Origin: Bacteroidota bacterium
GTDB taxonomy: Bacteria > Bacteroidota > Ignavibacteria > UBA10030 > UBA6906
DNA length: 64,000 nucleotides
Assembly (NCBI GenBank): GCA_030835135.1
Contig: JAUQWO010000076.1
Span: 77,102 to 141,101, forward strand
Direction: 5' to 3'
Positions 52,862 through 62,388 of this stretch are shown here, one piece after another. The position numbers were made by a program, and so were the translations under genes. The notes beneath the pieces were generated by a model, which saw only the letters and a list, made by a program, of their open reading frames with translations, was not told where the DNA came from and made no database searches. How positions within the stretch are numbered: the stretch's first letter is position 1; every line of letters starts with the position of its first letter.

Positions 52862-53794
52862 TCAGTTGGACAGCCACTCGCCACCGGTGGCGAGATTGTC
52901 TTTGGTGAAGACCCGTGAGCGCAGGGTGATCTCACGGGGGACCGCTGTGCCGGCGAGGATGAGCAGGGCGTTTTCGATCGCTTCCCGTCCGCCGGTGGGG
53001 TATTCGAAGGACGCCGCGAGGAGTCCCTGTTTCACATACATCTGCCCTTCGTGGGGAAGGGCGTCGATGCCGACGAACTTCATGGACTTCTCCCGTCCCG
53101 CGGCGCGTGCAGCAAGATAGGCGCCATGGGCACCGGGATCGTTGTGTGCGTACACGAGGTCGATGGCAGGGAAGCGGGCGAGTGCGGACTCCATCTCCCT
53201 GCGTGCGTTCGGTTCCAGCCATTTCATGTCCGCTTCGAAGATGATCTGCAGGCCCGATCCCTTGATGCCCTCGCGGAATCCGGCATTCCTGTCCTGACCC
53301 GGTGTCGAGGTCATCAGTCCCTTGAGTTCCACGATCGTTCCTTTGCCGCCGAGGAGCTTCGCGATCCACGCGCCCGCGGCGCGGCCGATGCGCTTGTTAT
53401 CGGCGCCGATGAAACAGGTGTAGTCGTTCCCGAGGACGCGTCGGTCCAGCACGATGACGGGGATGCCTTTCTTGAATGCGGCACGCACGGGCGGGGTCAG
53501 CGGCGCGGCTTCCTTGGGAGAGATGATGATGAGGTCGACGCCTGCGCGGACGAACTCATCGACGTGGGCACCCTGCCGAAGGTTATCGTTCTGGGCATCC
53601 TTGAAGATCACCGTGAGTTCCGGATGCGCATCGGCGGCCTTCTTGATGTCGGCATTCATCTGGACGCGCCATGGTTCGCCGAGGTTGCACTGGCTCATCC
53701 CGATCGTCCACCGGCGCTGTTGGCCTGATGCCGGGAGGGCGATGATCGTGGCCAGAAGCACCGTGAGAAGGATGAAGCGGTGGGGGTGTCTCAT
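52862..53794 (-). CDS. sugar ABC transporter substrate-binding protein (RbsB-like periplasmic binding protein)
   Basis: Signal peptide ASG|QQ. Type-I periplasmic binding protein (PBP) fold motifs. The ORF-track extension to 54013 runs through the repeat region and is spurious. Confidence 0.75.
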   Translation of the reverse strand: MRHPHRFILLTVLLATIIALPASGQQRRWTIGMSQCNLGEPWRVQMNADIKKAADAHPELTVIFKDAQNDNLRQGAHVDEFVRAGVDLIIISPKEAAPLTPPVRAAFKKGIPVIVLDRRVLGNDYTCFIGADNKRIGRAAGAWIAKLLGGKGTIVELKGLMTSTPGQDRNAGFREGIKGSGLQIIFEADMKWLEPNARREMESALARFPAIDLVYAHNDPGAHGAYLAARAAGREKSMKFVGIDALPHEGQMYVKQGLLAASFEYPTGGREAIENALLILAGTAVPREITLRSRVFTKDNLATGGEWLSN

Positions 53795-53908
53795 GTGGGT
53801 CTCCAGGGTGGTGGAATAGTTGCGCAGGTGCCGGGATGTGCACGCGCACATTGTCGATGCCCTGCATGGCCGGGGTGAATCCGCCCCGACACCGGACACG
53901 GGTTGATC

Positions 53909-53968
53909 ATGGAATGCATCCTGATGGAATGCATCGTGGTGGAATGCATCCTGATGGAATGCATCCTG
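53909..53968. repeat. 4 x 15-bp tandem direct repeat (ATGGAATGCATCCTG consensus)
   Basis: Units at 53909, 53924, 53939 and 53954, one or two mismatches each. Each unit contains the palindrome ATGCAT. Confidence 0.9.
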
Positions 53969-54020
53969 GCGGTCCCTTGCACCCGCGCCATGCCCGGTCG
54001 AATGTCTCTGCATTTGTAGG

Positions 54021-54038
54021 GGCGCAGCATGCTGCGCC
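54021..54038. terminator. 18-bp perfect palindrome GGCGCAGCATGCTGCGCC, 10 nt downstream of the permease stop
   Basis: Read directly. Hairpin or operator. No U-tract. Confidence 0.35.
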
Positions 54039-54047
54039 CTGGTATGG

Positions 54048-55019
54048 TCACCGGTTGCGCTGCAGCAGCACCGCGCCCAGGATGATCACGCCGGTGAGCA
54101 TCAGCCGCATCTCTTCGCCGACCGCATTGATGCTCAGGATCTTTTCCAGGTATCCGATGATGAGCACGCCGAGCAGCGTCAGCCAGATCGAACCGCGCCC
54201 ACCCTGCAGGCCGGTACCCCCGATCACGACCATGGCGATGGCACTGAGTTCGTAGGTCGATCCGGCTTCCGGATCGCCCTGGAGTTCCTGGGCCGCCTGA
54301 CAGATGCCGGCCACGGCACAGAAAAGTCCGCTGAGGCCATAGGCGAGGACCTTCGTCGCGCCCACCGGGATGCCGGCGTAGCGGGCTGCTTCTTCGTTCC
54401 CGCCGACCGCGAAGATCTGGCGGCCCCATGTGGTGCGGGCGAGGAGGATACCGCAGACGGCCATGGAGAGCAGCATGACAAGGGTCACGACCGCGATGTT
54501 GTCGCCGGCGATCCGCGCGCCGATCATATCGAACACCGGGGGGATCTCGACGTAGGAGTAGCTGCCATCCGGGATCTGGACCGCCGTCGAGATCTTCTGT
54601 CCACCGGAAATGAACTTCGCCAGGCCGCGCGCGAAGACCATCATGGCCAGCGTGGCGATGAATGGTTGGACGCGGAAGCGGGCGATCACGGACCCGGAGA
54701 CGACACCGCAGGCGGTCCCGAGCAGGAGGGTGAGGGCGATCGCAATGGCGGCGGGGAGGCCCTGGTGAATGGAGAGGAGCGAGAAGACGACGGCACAGGC
54801 GCCGAGGATGCTTCCGACCGACAGGTCGATCCCCCCGGCAATGATGACGAGGGTCATGCCACACGCAAGGATGCCGAACACCGAGACGCCGCGGAGCATA
54901 TCGCGGTGCGTGTCCCATTGAAAGAATGCGCCATCCGCATGGAAGAGCGCTCCTACCGCCAGCACGAGAGCCAGCGAGAGGAGCGCCCGTATCACCGGAT
55001 GGTTACTTGCCGACGCCAC
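54048..55019 (-). CDS. sugar ABC transporter permease (RbsC/branched-chain type)
   Basis: About 9 to 10 TM helices. Conserved permease loop. Confidence 0.8.
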   Translation of the reverse strand: MASASNHPVIRALLSLALVLAVGALFHADGAFFQWDTHRDMLRGVSVFGILACGMTLVIIAGGIDLSVGSILGACAVVFSLLSIHQGLPAAIAIALTLLLGTACGVVSGSVIARFRVQPFIATLAMMVFARGLAKFISGGQKISTAVQIPDGSYSYVEIPPVFDMIGARIAGDNIAVVTLVMLLSMAVCGILLARTTWGRQIFAVGGNEEAARYAGIPVGATKVLAYGLSGLFCAVAGICQAAQELQGDPEAGSTYELSAIAMVVIGGTGLQGGRGSIWLTLLGVLIIGYLEKILSINAVGEEMRLMLTGVIILGAVLLQRNR

Positions 55020-56604
55020 AGAAGTGTACTTTCAGCCCGAGCTCGCGCATGGCCGCTGCCTTGGCGAACATGGCCTTGCGTGCCCCGGCTGCATCGGGTG
55101 CGTACACGACCTGGATGTGGTTCGCCTTGTGCTTGGCCATCATCTGGTCACGTGAGACACCCTTCAGCACGGCGTGCATGATCGGCCACTGGGGTGTGGT
55201 CTGATTCCACCGGTCCCGGGTTTCTTCGAGCGGAAGCGACACCACCTCGCCGAGTCCGAGATCGCACTGCATGCGGTCGTCCTCGACATACACACGGCTC
55301 CACACGATGTGCCCCGGTTTGCTGATGCCTTTGACCGTCGATCCACCCAGCCGGAAGTACATCGGTGGCTGGCGCTCGCCCACTGAACCGGCAAAGCCAT
55401 CGACGAGGTGGGCGGGTGGCACGGCGCCGGAGATCTCCAGCACCCAGACGAATCCGCGGACGTCCCCGTCCTTGTAGGTCCGGCCCCACCGTACATCGTG
55501 CAGGGTGTTCTCCGGCGGATAGCCAAGCTCGCGCCAGAGGCCATAGGTGACAAGACCGTCGAACCCGGCGCATTCATCCACTTCATTGAAGTGGGGGAGC
55601 GCCTCGCCGGCGTACAGCACGGTGCCCGTTTTCTCATGGCGCACCGGCGGCCGGTCGGTGTTGTTCAGGAGTCCTTCGGCAAGATCGGATGCCGGTGCGA
55701 GATCCTTCAACCCCTGCTGATACTGAATGCCGATCGTGGAGCAGCCGAACTCATCGGCGATCCGCACCGCCGCGATGTACATCTTGCACTGCAACAGGAC
55801 CTGTGCTTCGGTCAGATCAGTGGCTTCATCCGGGCCGTAGGTGAACTTCATGCCCTTCGCCAGGATCCAATCGTAGACCTCGCGGGCTTCGGCGTCGGAG
55901 ACGGTCAGCATTTTTGCGTAGAGCGACGATTGACTCAGCCGTTCCTTGAAGACGCCTGCCGTAAAGAGGAGTTCATCCGGGATGATGGCGTTGTACATGC
56001 CCATGCATCCTTCATCGAAGATGCCCATGATCGCCTTCTTCTCGCGGAACGCCTTCGCGAACGAGACGCCGATCTTCTCGGCCTGGTCCGGGATGCGCGC
56101 TTCCTTATACGGAATGGCATGCGAGGTGTCGTGCTTCACTCTGCCCTTCTTCATCCACTGCGAAAGACCCTTGAGGAAGAACCTGTCTGTGAAGTCCTCG
56201 CTCCAGAGTGTGCTGTACTCCACCCCGGCCTTGGTCAGGGAGCCGTTCAAATTGAGCATGCCCACGAGACCCGGCCACTGGCCGCTCCAGTTCGCCACAG
56301 TGAGGATAGGACCCTTGTGCGTGATCAGGCCCGGCAGCACGTGATGCGTATACTGCCACACCGCTTCGGCCACAATGACAGGTGCTTTCGGGGGGATGGA
56401 GCGGAACACTTCCATGCCATATTTCTGGCTGTCGATGAAGCCGTGCTTTTTGACCGGATCGTACGCGTGAGCGCGTGTGACCGACCCGCCGAGTTTTTCG
56501 ACGGCAGCGATGACCTGCTGCTCCATCGCTGCCTGCGCAGCCTCGCATTTCTGGTTGGCGGAAGCACGCAGGTCGCCGCTGGCGACGAGGTAGATGGTTT
56601 TCAT
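55003..56604 (-). CDS. L-fucose isomerase family protein (FucI/AraA-like, COG2407)
   Basis: 533 aa. RBS GGAGA. N-terminal MKTIYLVASGD Rossmann-like domain of FucI-type isomerases. The ORF-track extension to 57234 is spurious. Confidence 0.65.
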   Translation of the reverse strand: MKTIYLVASGDLRASANQKCEAAQAAMEQQVIAAVEKLGGSVTRAHAYDPVKKHGFIDSQKYGMEVFRSIPPKAPVIVAEAVWQYTHHVLPGLITHKGPILTVANWSGQWPGLVGMLNLNGSLTKAGVEYSTLWSEDFTDRFFLKGLSQWMKKGRVKHDTSHAIPYKEARIPDQAEKIGVSFAKAFREKKAIMGIFDEGCMGMYNAIIPDELLFTAGVFKERLSQSSLYAKMLTVSDAEAREVYDWILAKGMKFTYGPDEATDLTEAQVLLQCKMYIAAVRIADEFGCSTIGIQYQQGLKDLAPASDLAEGLLNNTDRPPVRHEKTGTVLYAGEALPHFNEVDECAGFDGLVTYGLWRELGYPPENTLHDVRWGRTYKDGDVRGFVWVLEISGAVPPAHLVDGFAGSVGERQPPMYFRLGGSTVKGISKPGHIVWSRVYVEDDRMQCDLGLGEVVSLPLEETRDRWNQTTPQWPIMHAVLKGVSRDQMMAKHKANHIQVVYAPDAAGARKAMFAKAAAMRELGLKVHFCGVGK

Positions 56605-56642
56605 GGTTCCTTGATCTCCGGGGTGTTCGGCAGTATCCGTTG

Positions 56643-56658
56643 CAGGACCGGGGTCCTG
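56643..56658. promoter_or_regulatory. inverted repeat CAGGACC-GG-GGTCCTG in a divergent promoter region
   Basis: 7-2-7 palindrome between the FucI-like (-) and GHMP kinase (+) starts. Confidence 0.3.
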
Positions 56659-56784
56659 GCGTTCTGTTGGTTGGATTCGGGACGCAGTAGAGTCTGCGGA
56701 GAAAGTACGGAATTCTGGCCGGAAACTCAACTTGAACTTTGGGAATGCTCTGTCTACATTGCATGATACACTCACCTCGAGCTC

Positions 56785-57834
56785 TTGTCCATGAACAGCC
56801 GTACACCTTTGCGGGTCATCAATAGCGTCGCCCCTATCCGGATCGTCGACAACGGGGGGTGGACGGACACCTGGTTTGCCGGCCACGGGAGGATCTTCAA
56901 TATCGGGGTCTATCCGTATGCGGAGGTCCAGGTCGAGGTCTTTCCCGCGGATGGCACGCGCGAGCGGGTGATCATTCAGGCAGAGAATTACGGAGACCGG
57001 TACGCGATGGGGCCGGCGGGGCAGGCCTGGACGAAGCACCCCCTCCTCGAAGCGGCCATTCAGTACATGAAGGTGCCCGAGGAGCTGGCACTCGAGGTCA
57101 CGATCTTCTCGGAGGCACCGGCGGGTGCTTCCACCGGAACATCGGCAGCCGTGTCTGTTGCCTTGCTGGGCGCGCTGGACCGGCTGACGCCCGGGCACAT
57201 GACCCCGCATGAGGTTGCGATGGCAGCCCATCACGTGGAGATGAAGATGCTCGATCTTCAGTGCGGGATCCAGGACCAGCTTTGTTCAGCGTACGGCGGT
57301 ATCAATTATATCGAGATGCAGAAATTCCCGTGGGCCACGGTATCCCAGATCCAGGTCCCGAACAGTATCTGGTGGGAGCTCGAACGCCGCCTTGTCCTGA
57401 TCTTCCTCGGCCGCTCCCATGATTCCACCGACCTCCATAAGAAAGTGATCCGCGAACTGGAGAACGAGGGGCCCGACAGTCCGCGCCTCGAGGCCCTGCG
57501 CGGTACCGCGGGGTTGTCGCGGGATGCCGTGTATGCCGGCGACTTCACCGCGTTCGGCAATGCGATGATCGTGAATACCGAAGCCCAGTCACACCTGCAT
57601 CCGGCCCTCGTGAGTGCGGACGCCCTGAAGGTGATCGAGATCGCAAAGCGTCACGGCGCGATCGGATGGAAGGTGAACGGAGCGGGCGGGGCGGGCGGTT
57701 CGGTGACCCTTCTGGCCGGCGATCTGTCGAGCATGAAACGCAAGATGATCCGCGAGATCGAGGAGGCCGATCCACTGTTCCGGAACATTCCGCTGTATCT
57801 GAGCAGGTACGGCCTCCGGACTTGGGAGGCCTGA
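56785..57834 (+). CDS. GHMP family sugar kinase
   Basis: PAGASTGTSAAVSVALLGAL GHMP motif II. C-terminal GAGGAGGSVTLL motif III. Confidence 0.65.
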   Translation: MSMNSRTPLRVINSVAPIRIVDNGGWTDTWFAGHGRIFNIGVYPYAEVQVEVFPADGTRERVIIQAENYGDRYAMGPAGQAWTKHPLLEAAIQYMKVPEELALEVTIFSEAPAGASTGTSAAVSVALLGALDRLTPGHMTPHEVAMAAHHVEMKMLDLQCGIQDQLCSAYGGINYIEMQKFPWATVSQIQVPNSIWWELERRLVLIFLGRSHDSTDLHKKVIRELENEGPDSPRLEALRGTAGLSRDAVYAGDFTAFGNAMIVNTEAQSHLHPALVSADALKVIEIAKRHGAIGWKVNGAGGAGGSVTLLAGDLSSMKRKMIREIEEADPLFRNIPLYLSRYGLRTWEA

Positions 57835-57842
57835 CGCGCGCG

Positions 57843-58919
57843 ATGCTGACCTCGCTGCTTGCCGTGTCTGCCGTTGTGCCTTCCGCACTCCTCGTATGGT
57901 ACTTCCATGCCCGCGATGCGTATCCTGAACCTCCGCGGGTCCTGTGGACCACCTTCGGGCTCGGCGTGCTTACGGTGATCCCGATCCTGCTGATCGGCTA
58001 CCCGTTGCAGCACGCGGTGGAATTGGTGCCGAACCCCATCGCGTCGAGCCTCATCGGTGCGTTGTTCGTCGCCGCGATCCCCGAAGAGTTCGTGAAACTC
58101 CTGGTCCTTCTCGGCTACAATATGCGCCACCGCGCCTTCGACGAACCGATGGACGGCATCGTCTATGGTGTCGTCGCCTCCCTCGGCTTCGCGACACTGG
58201 AGAATCTCCTGTTCGTCTTCGGGGGAGGAATGAGCGTCGCCGTCTCGCGCGCGTTCACCGCCGTGCCGTTGCATGCCTTCGTGGGTGCGATCATGGGCTA
58301 CTACGTCGGGCAGGCATGGCGAATGCCCGGGGAGCGCACGCGCTATATCCTCCAGGGGTACGGATTCGCCGTGCTCCTGCACACGCTCTACGACTTCCCG
58401 CTGATGGCGATGGCTGACGTGGAGGATGTCAGGACGGTGTTCATCCTGGGTGTCTCCACGCTGATCGTCCTGTTCGTGTGCTGGATGTGGACACTCGGTC
58501 TCGTGCGGCGCCTCCGCAGGGACCAACTTGCCCATCCACCCGTGCCGGCGGTGGAGTCCGCGCCCACCGGGATCCGCGTGTTCGGTGAAGAGGATGATCC
58601 CGAACCCGTAGAGTCTTCCCCGGTTGCGCCGGGCGCAGCGGCCGCCACCCCGGCCTCCCCCCTGGAAATCCCGGAATCAGATGCCGCCCGTATGCGCAGA
58701 CGCATCACGGGGATCGTGGTCATCGTGGTGGGGGGCATCGTTGCGTCCTTCGGTGGGATGGTAACCCTGGGGCTGGCGCTGGCGTTCATGATCGGTGTGG
58801 TACGGCCCGAGCATGTCGTGGATGTCGCGATCGGGGGGATCGTGAGCGGTCTTGCACCGTTGGCGATCGGGGTGGTGGTATTCCGGGGAGGCGTGAAGCA
58901 CTTGAACCGGAGAAGCTGA
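57843..58919 (+). CDS. PrsW family intramembrane metalloprotease
   Basis: EEFVK (EExxK) and FxxxH-type motifs in a multi-TM core. Pro/Ala-rich C-terminal tail with 2 further TM helices. Confidence 0.6.
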   Translation: MLTSLLAVSAVVPSALLVWYFHARDAYPEPPRVLWTTFGLGVLTVIPILLIGYPLQHAVELVPNPIASSLIGALFVAAIPEEFVKLLVLLGYNMRHRAFDEPMDGIVYGVVASLGFATLENLLFVFGGGMSVAVSRAFTAVPLHAFVGAIMGYYVGQAWRMPGERTRYILQGYGFAVLLHTLYDFPLMAMADVEDVRTVFILGVSTLIVLFVCWMWTLGLVRRLRRDQLAHPPVPAVESAPTGIRVFGEEDDPEPVESSPVAPGAAAATPASPLEIPESDAARMRRRITGIVVIVVGGIVASFGGMVTLGLALAFMIGVVRPEHVVDVAIGGIVSGLAPLAIGVVVFRGGVKHLNRRS

Positions 58920-58971
58920 GGAACAGGGGGACGGGGAAGAACCACAAGGCAGAAGACCGAGGGCAAGAATT

Positions 58972-59008
58972 GTCAAAGGGCACAACAGACGCTGGTGTGC
59001 CCTTTGAC
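58972..59008. terminator. bidirectional hairpin terminator between convergent genes
   Basis: 13-bp perfect stem GTCAAAGGGCACA / TGTGCCCTTTGAC with an 11-nt loop. Confidence 0.55.
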
Positions 59009-59021
59009 ATTTGACGCCGGA

Positions 59022-60188
59022 TCATCCCCGTGGCTGGTATCGGCAGTTCCTCGCTTCCTCCGCGAACGCTTCCAGCAAAGGCGTCTTCGCGTCGAAGAAA
59101 TGATCGGACGGACAGAGGATGTACCCGCCGCCGGGACCCGCCGCCTCGAAACAGGCCCGCACCGCCGCGCGCGTTTCTTCGGGCGTGCTCTGCATGAAGT
59201 ACTCCTTCTGATCGAATCCGCCGATGAAACATACACGGTCGCCGATCCTGCGTTTCGCTTCGCGGAGATCGACATCCGCACCCATGCCGGGCGGCGTGAA
59301 CGTTTCCATCGCGTCGGGCTTCATGTCCGCCAACCGCTCCAGAAATGGCATCATCCCCCCGCAGGTGTGATACACGATGCGCTGCCCGGCCGCGTGTGCC
59401 CGTTCGATGAGGGGTGCGTCGTAGGGCGCAACGAACGCATCGAAGATCTTCGGCGAGATCACCGTGGAGGATGCATCGCCGCCGCCGAGTTCGGAGATGT
59501 CGATGTGTGCGCCCCGCATCGAATCGATGAAGACACCCTTCCGGTCCATCAGGATCTTCAGGAAGGCATGGACCCATTCCGGATCGTCATACGTCGCCAT
59601 GATCAGGTCTTCGATACCGTACAGCACAGAGGCGTCCTGCCAGCATCCCGGCTGACCGTAGACATCGAAGCAGATCACCGTCCCCCGGATCATGCCGCGC
59701 TCACCGTATGCCGCCGCCTTCGCATTCACGGCGGCCACGTCACATACCGGCTTGGTTGCGTATGCGGCGATGATGTCGATATCACTCTTTTCCTTGATGA
59801 GTCGCTCCGTCACCCATGACGTATAGTCGTTGCTCTGAAGAACGAGCGTCAGGTTCTTCTTCGGTGTGTGGAAGGTGTAGCGGACGGTCGTGTACTGCGG
59901 ATCGGGGATTTCCTCCGTCGTGATACGCCAGTTGTCGGACGCGATCCGCCTGGGTTCCAGATACCCGGGCCTGTGGTCCGGATCATAATAGTCACGGGTC
60001 CCCGGATCCGGTTTGTGATCGGAGACCCACTGGATAGGATCCATCCCGAACCGGTCAAAGAACGCATCATTCGATATGCCGTTCAGATACTTGTCCAGAT
60101 AGTACGGCATCACATGATGCGTGGTGACCGGCAGACGGTCGGGGACCTGCCGGTTGAGGACAGCGAGGAAACGTTGCTTGGATGTCAT
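59022..60188 (-). CDS. uroporphyrinogen decarboxylase (URO-D) family protein (MtaA/CmuA-like)
   Basis: Full-length URO-D TIM-barrel family similarity. The ORF-track N-terminus (60302) overlaps the next gene. Confidence 0.6.
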   Translation of the reverse strand: MTSKQRFLAVLNRQVPDRLPVTTHHVMPYYLDKYLNGISNDAFFDRFGMDPIQWVSDHKPDPGTRDYYDPDHRPGYLEPRRIASDNWRITTEEIPDPQYTTVRYTFHTPKKNLTLVLQSNDYTSWVTERLIKEKSDIDIIAAYATKPVCDVAAVNAKAAAYGERGMIRGTVICFDVYGQPGCWQDASVLYGIEDLIMATYDDPEWVHAFLKILMDRKGVFIDSMRGAHIDISELGGGDASSTVISPKIFDAFVAPYDAPLIERAHAAGQRIVYHTCGGMMPFLERLADMKPDAMETFTPPGMGADVDLREAKRRIGDRVCFIGGFDQKEYFMQSTPEETRAAVRACFEAAGPGGGYILCPSDHFFDAKTPLLEAFAEEARNCRYQPRG

Positions 60189-60730
60189 TGGTCGATCACC
60201 GGGATTCTCTTGATGGATGGGTCCGTGAAGATGTCGCTTTCGTCGTCGCTCGAGGATGAGAATTCCGAGACGACGGCTCCCCGGGGACCTGCCTGAAACC
60301 AATGCAGGGTATCCGGCTGGAGCGTGTGCTGCTGGCCGGGCGTGAGGACGATCTCATGCCAGACCGTGAACACGTCGCGTTTGCCCGCGGGAACCGTGGC
60401 CTTCGGCCGGCGCGTCGGCGGACCCGCGACATAGAGATAGACCGTGCCCCAGCGGCACCGGAACGTTTCGCGCTTCCCCGGACCTGCATCGCCACGGGGC
60501 GGATGACGGTGCTCGGGACACGTCTGTCCGGGGAACAGCACCAGTTCCTTTGCACAGTAGCGGTCATTGTTCTCGTAGACCACCAGTTCCAGTCCGATGT
60601 GCGCGATGTCGTTCAATCCGAAATCAGCGACCTCGATGTTCCGCGCTTCCCGCGGCGTGATGGGGAGATGCGCCTTCTTCAGGAACCCGAGGGCCCGCGT
60701 CCGGTGCTTGCGTACGTCGGCGAGTTTCAT
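60185..60730 (-). CDS. D-lyxose/D-mannose ketol-isomerase family cupin
   Basis: 181 aa. Cupin metal ligands (EHRH..., H, E). About the right length for D-lyxose isomerase. Confidence 0.55.
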   Translation of the reverse strand: MKLADVRKHRTRALGFLKKAHLPITPREARNIEVADFGLNDIAHIGLELVVYENNDRYCAKELVLFPGQTCPEHRHPPRGDAGPGKRETFRCRWGTVYLYVAGPPTRRPKATVPAGKRDVFTVWHEIVLTPGQQHTLQPDTLHWFQAGPRGAVVSEFSSSSDDESDIFTDPSIKRIPVIDQ

Positions 60731-60778
60731 AGTGATACTCCTTCGTTGAATTCGTTGCTTCCCGTATGACTCATGGCA

Positions 60779-62302
60779 TCATGCCGCAAGGCCCGACATC
60801 AGGCGGAGCAGCTGTTCCTGGTCTGTATCCCCGGCGCGCACCTCGCCCGCGATGCTGCCGGTCCGCATGACCAGGATGCGCGTCGCCAGCTGCAACAATT
60901 CGGGCAGTTCAGAAGAGATCAGCAGGATTCCCGCTCCCTGACGCGCGAGGTCCCTGATCGTTTCGTGCAGCGCGCTCTTTGCTCCGATATCCACCCCCCG
61001 CGTCGGTTCATCCAGGATGAGCATGCGGGCGCCACCGGCCAGCCACCGTGCGAGGACGATCTTCTGTTGATTGCCGCCGCTCAATTGTTCGACCGGCGTC
61101 TCAACGTCCGGGGCCTTGATGGCGAGTGCACGGAATGATCGGTCGAGCATGCACGTCTCCTTCGTCCTGTCGAGAAACAGGAGCCGCCGCAGTGAAGGCA
61201 GCAGCGGGAAGGAGTGGTTCATTCTGCACGAGAGCGCAAGGGCAAGCCCCTGTATCTTCCGGTCCTCCGGAACAAACCCCAGTCCTGCGGCGATCCGCTG
61301 GCGGGTGGAGAGTCCGGAGAGCGACCGCCCATCCAACCGGACATCACCGGTAGCCCGGGGATCGAGTCCCATGATCGCCGCAGCGAGGTCACTCCGCCCG
61401 GCACCAACGAGCCCTGCGATACCGACGATCTCTCCCGGGTGGACGGAGAAGTTCACCTCCTGAAACCGGCCATGAGAGGCCAGATCCCGGACGTCGAGGA
61501 GGGTATCGCCGGAGGCCGGTGCGGGATGGTGCGGAGAGACCGCAGCCAGCTCGCGTCCGATCATCATCGACACGATCCTCTGTTCGTTGGCCTCACCGCG
61601 TCCGAGCGAACCGATGCACCGTCCATCACGCAGCACCGTGACCGTATCGGCCAACGTGAAGACTTCGTTCATCCGGTGCGACACATACACGACCGTGACG
61701 CCCCGGTCGCGGAGACGTCTGATCAGCGCGAACAGGTGGCTGGTCTCCGCGTCAGAGAGCGAGCTGGTCGGTTCATCCAGGATCAGGATCGAAGCGCCCG
61801 TGCCCACGGCGCCCGCGATCTGGATCACCTGGCGCAGGGCGACCGGGAGGGTACCGAGGGTGACCCGGGGGTCGATCGAAGAACCCACATCCGCGAGCAT
61901 CGCCATTGCCCGTGATGTCATGCGTGCCGGATCGATGAACGGCGGTGCCAGAACGGGATACGCGCCGAGGCAGAGATTCTCCGCGACGCTGAGATCGGGG
62001 CAGAGCGCGAGTTCCTGGTGCACCATGGCGATCCCTGCACGCCGCGCCTCGCGTGGAGAGGCGAAGGCGGTGGGTGTCCCATCGAGAAGGACCGACCCGT
62101 GGTCCGGACGGAGGATGCCTGCGAGGATCTTGCCGAGCGTGGATTTTCCCGCACCGTTCTCACCCATGAGCGCATGGACCAGGCCGCGTTCGAGGGAGAA
62201 CGAGACGTCGTCCAGTGCCGTGGTGCCGCCGTAGGTCTTGCTGATGGAAGAAAATGCGATCACGTGTCCGCGGATGCTGATGGCTGTGAAAAAAGGTAGC
62301 AA
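60779..62302 (-). CDS. sugar ABC transporter ATP-binding protein (tandem ABC domains, RbsA/MglA-like)
   Basis: Two Walker A (GENGAGKST; GLVGAGRS), LSGG signatures and Walker B motifs. Confidence 0.85.
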   Translation of the reverse strand: MLPFFTAISIRGHVIAFSSISKTYGGTTALDDVSFSLERGLVHALMGENGAGKSTLGKILAGILRPDHGSVLLDGTPTAFASPREARRAGIAMVHQELALCPDLSVAENLCLGAYPVLAPPFIDPARMTSRAMAMLADVGSSIDPRVTLGTLPVALRQVIQIAGAVGTGASILILDEPTSSLSDAETSHLFALIRRLRDRGVTVVYVSHRMNEVFTLADTVTVLRDGRCIGSLGRGEANEQRIVSMMIGRELAAVSPHHPAPASGDTLLDVRDLASHGRFQEVNFSVHPGEIVGIAGLVGAGRSDLAAAIMGLDPRATGDVRLDGRSLSGLSTRQRIAAGLGFVPEDRKIQGLALALSCRMNHSFPLLPSLRRLLFLDRTKETCMLDRSFRALAIKAPDVETPVEQLSGGNQQKIVLARWLAGGARMLILDEPTRGVDIGAKSALHETIRDLARQGAGILLISSELPELLQLATRILVMRTGSIAGEVRAGDTDQEQLLRLMSGLAA

Positions 62303-62388
62303 GAAGGGACACCAAGAGCAACGCAGAACCTTGCTTCGTTCATTGCCTTTTCGTAGGATACACCCACACCCATTTCAAGGATAGAACC

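Noticed and set aside
53836-54255. 139-aa plus-strand ORF, and the minus-strand extension of the SBP ORF through the tandem repeats (giving DAFHQ-type peptide repeats)
   Set aside because: There is no start or RBS. The real SBP signal peptide begins downstream at 53794. The repeats are read as non-coding DNA repeats.
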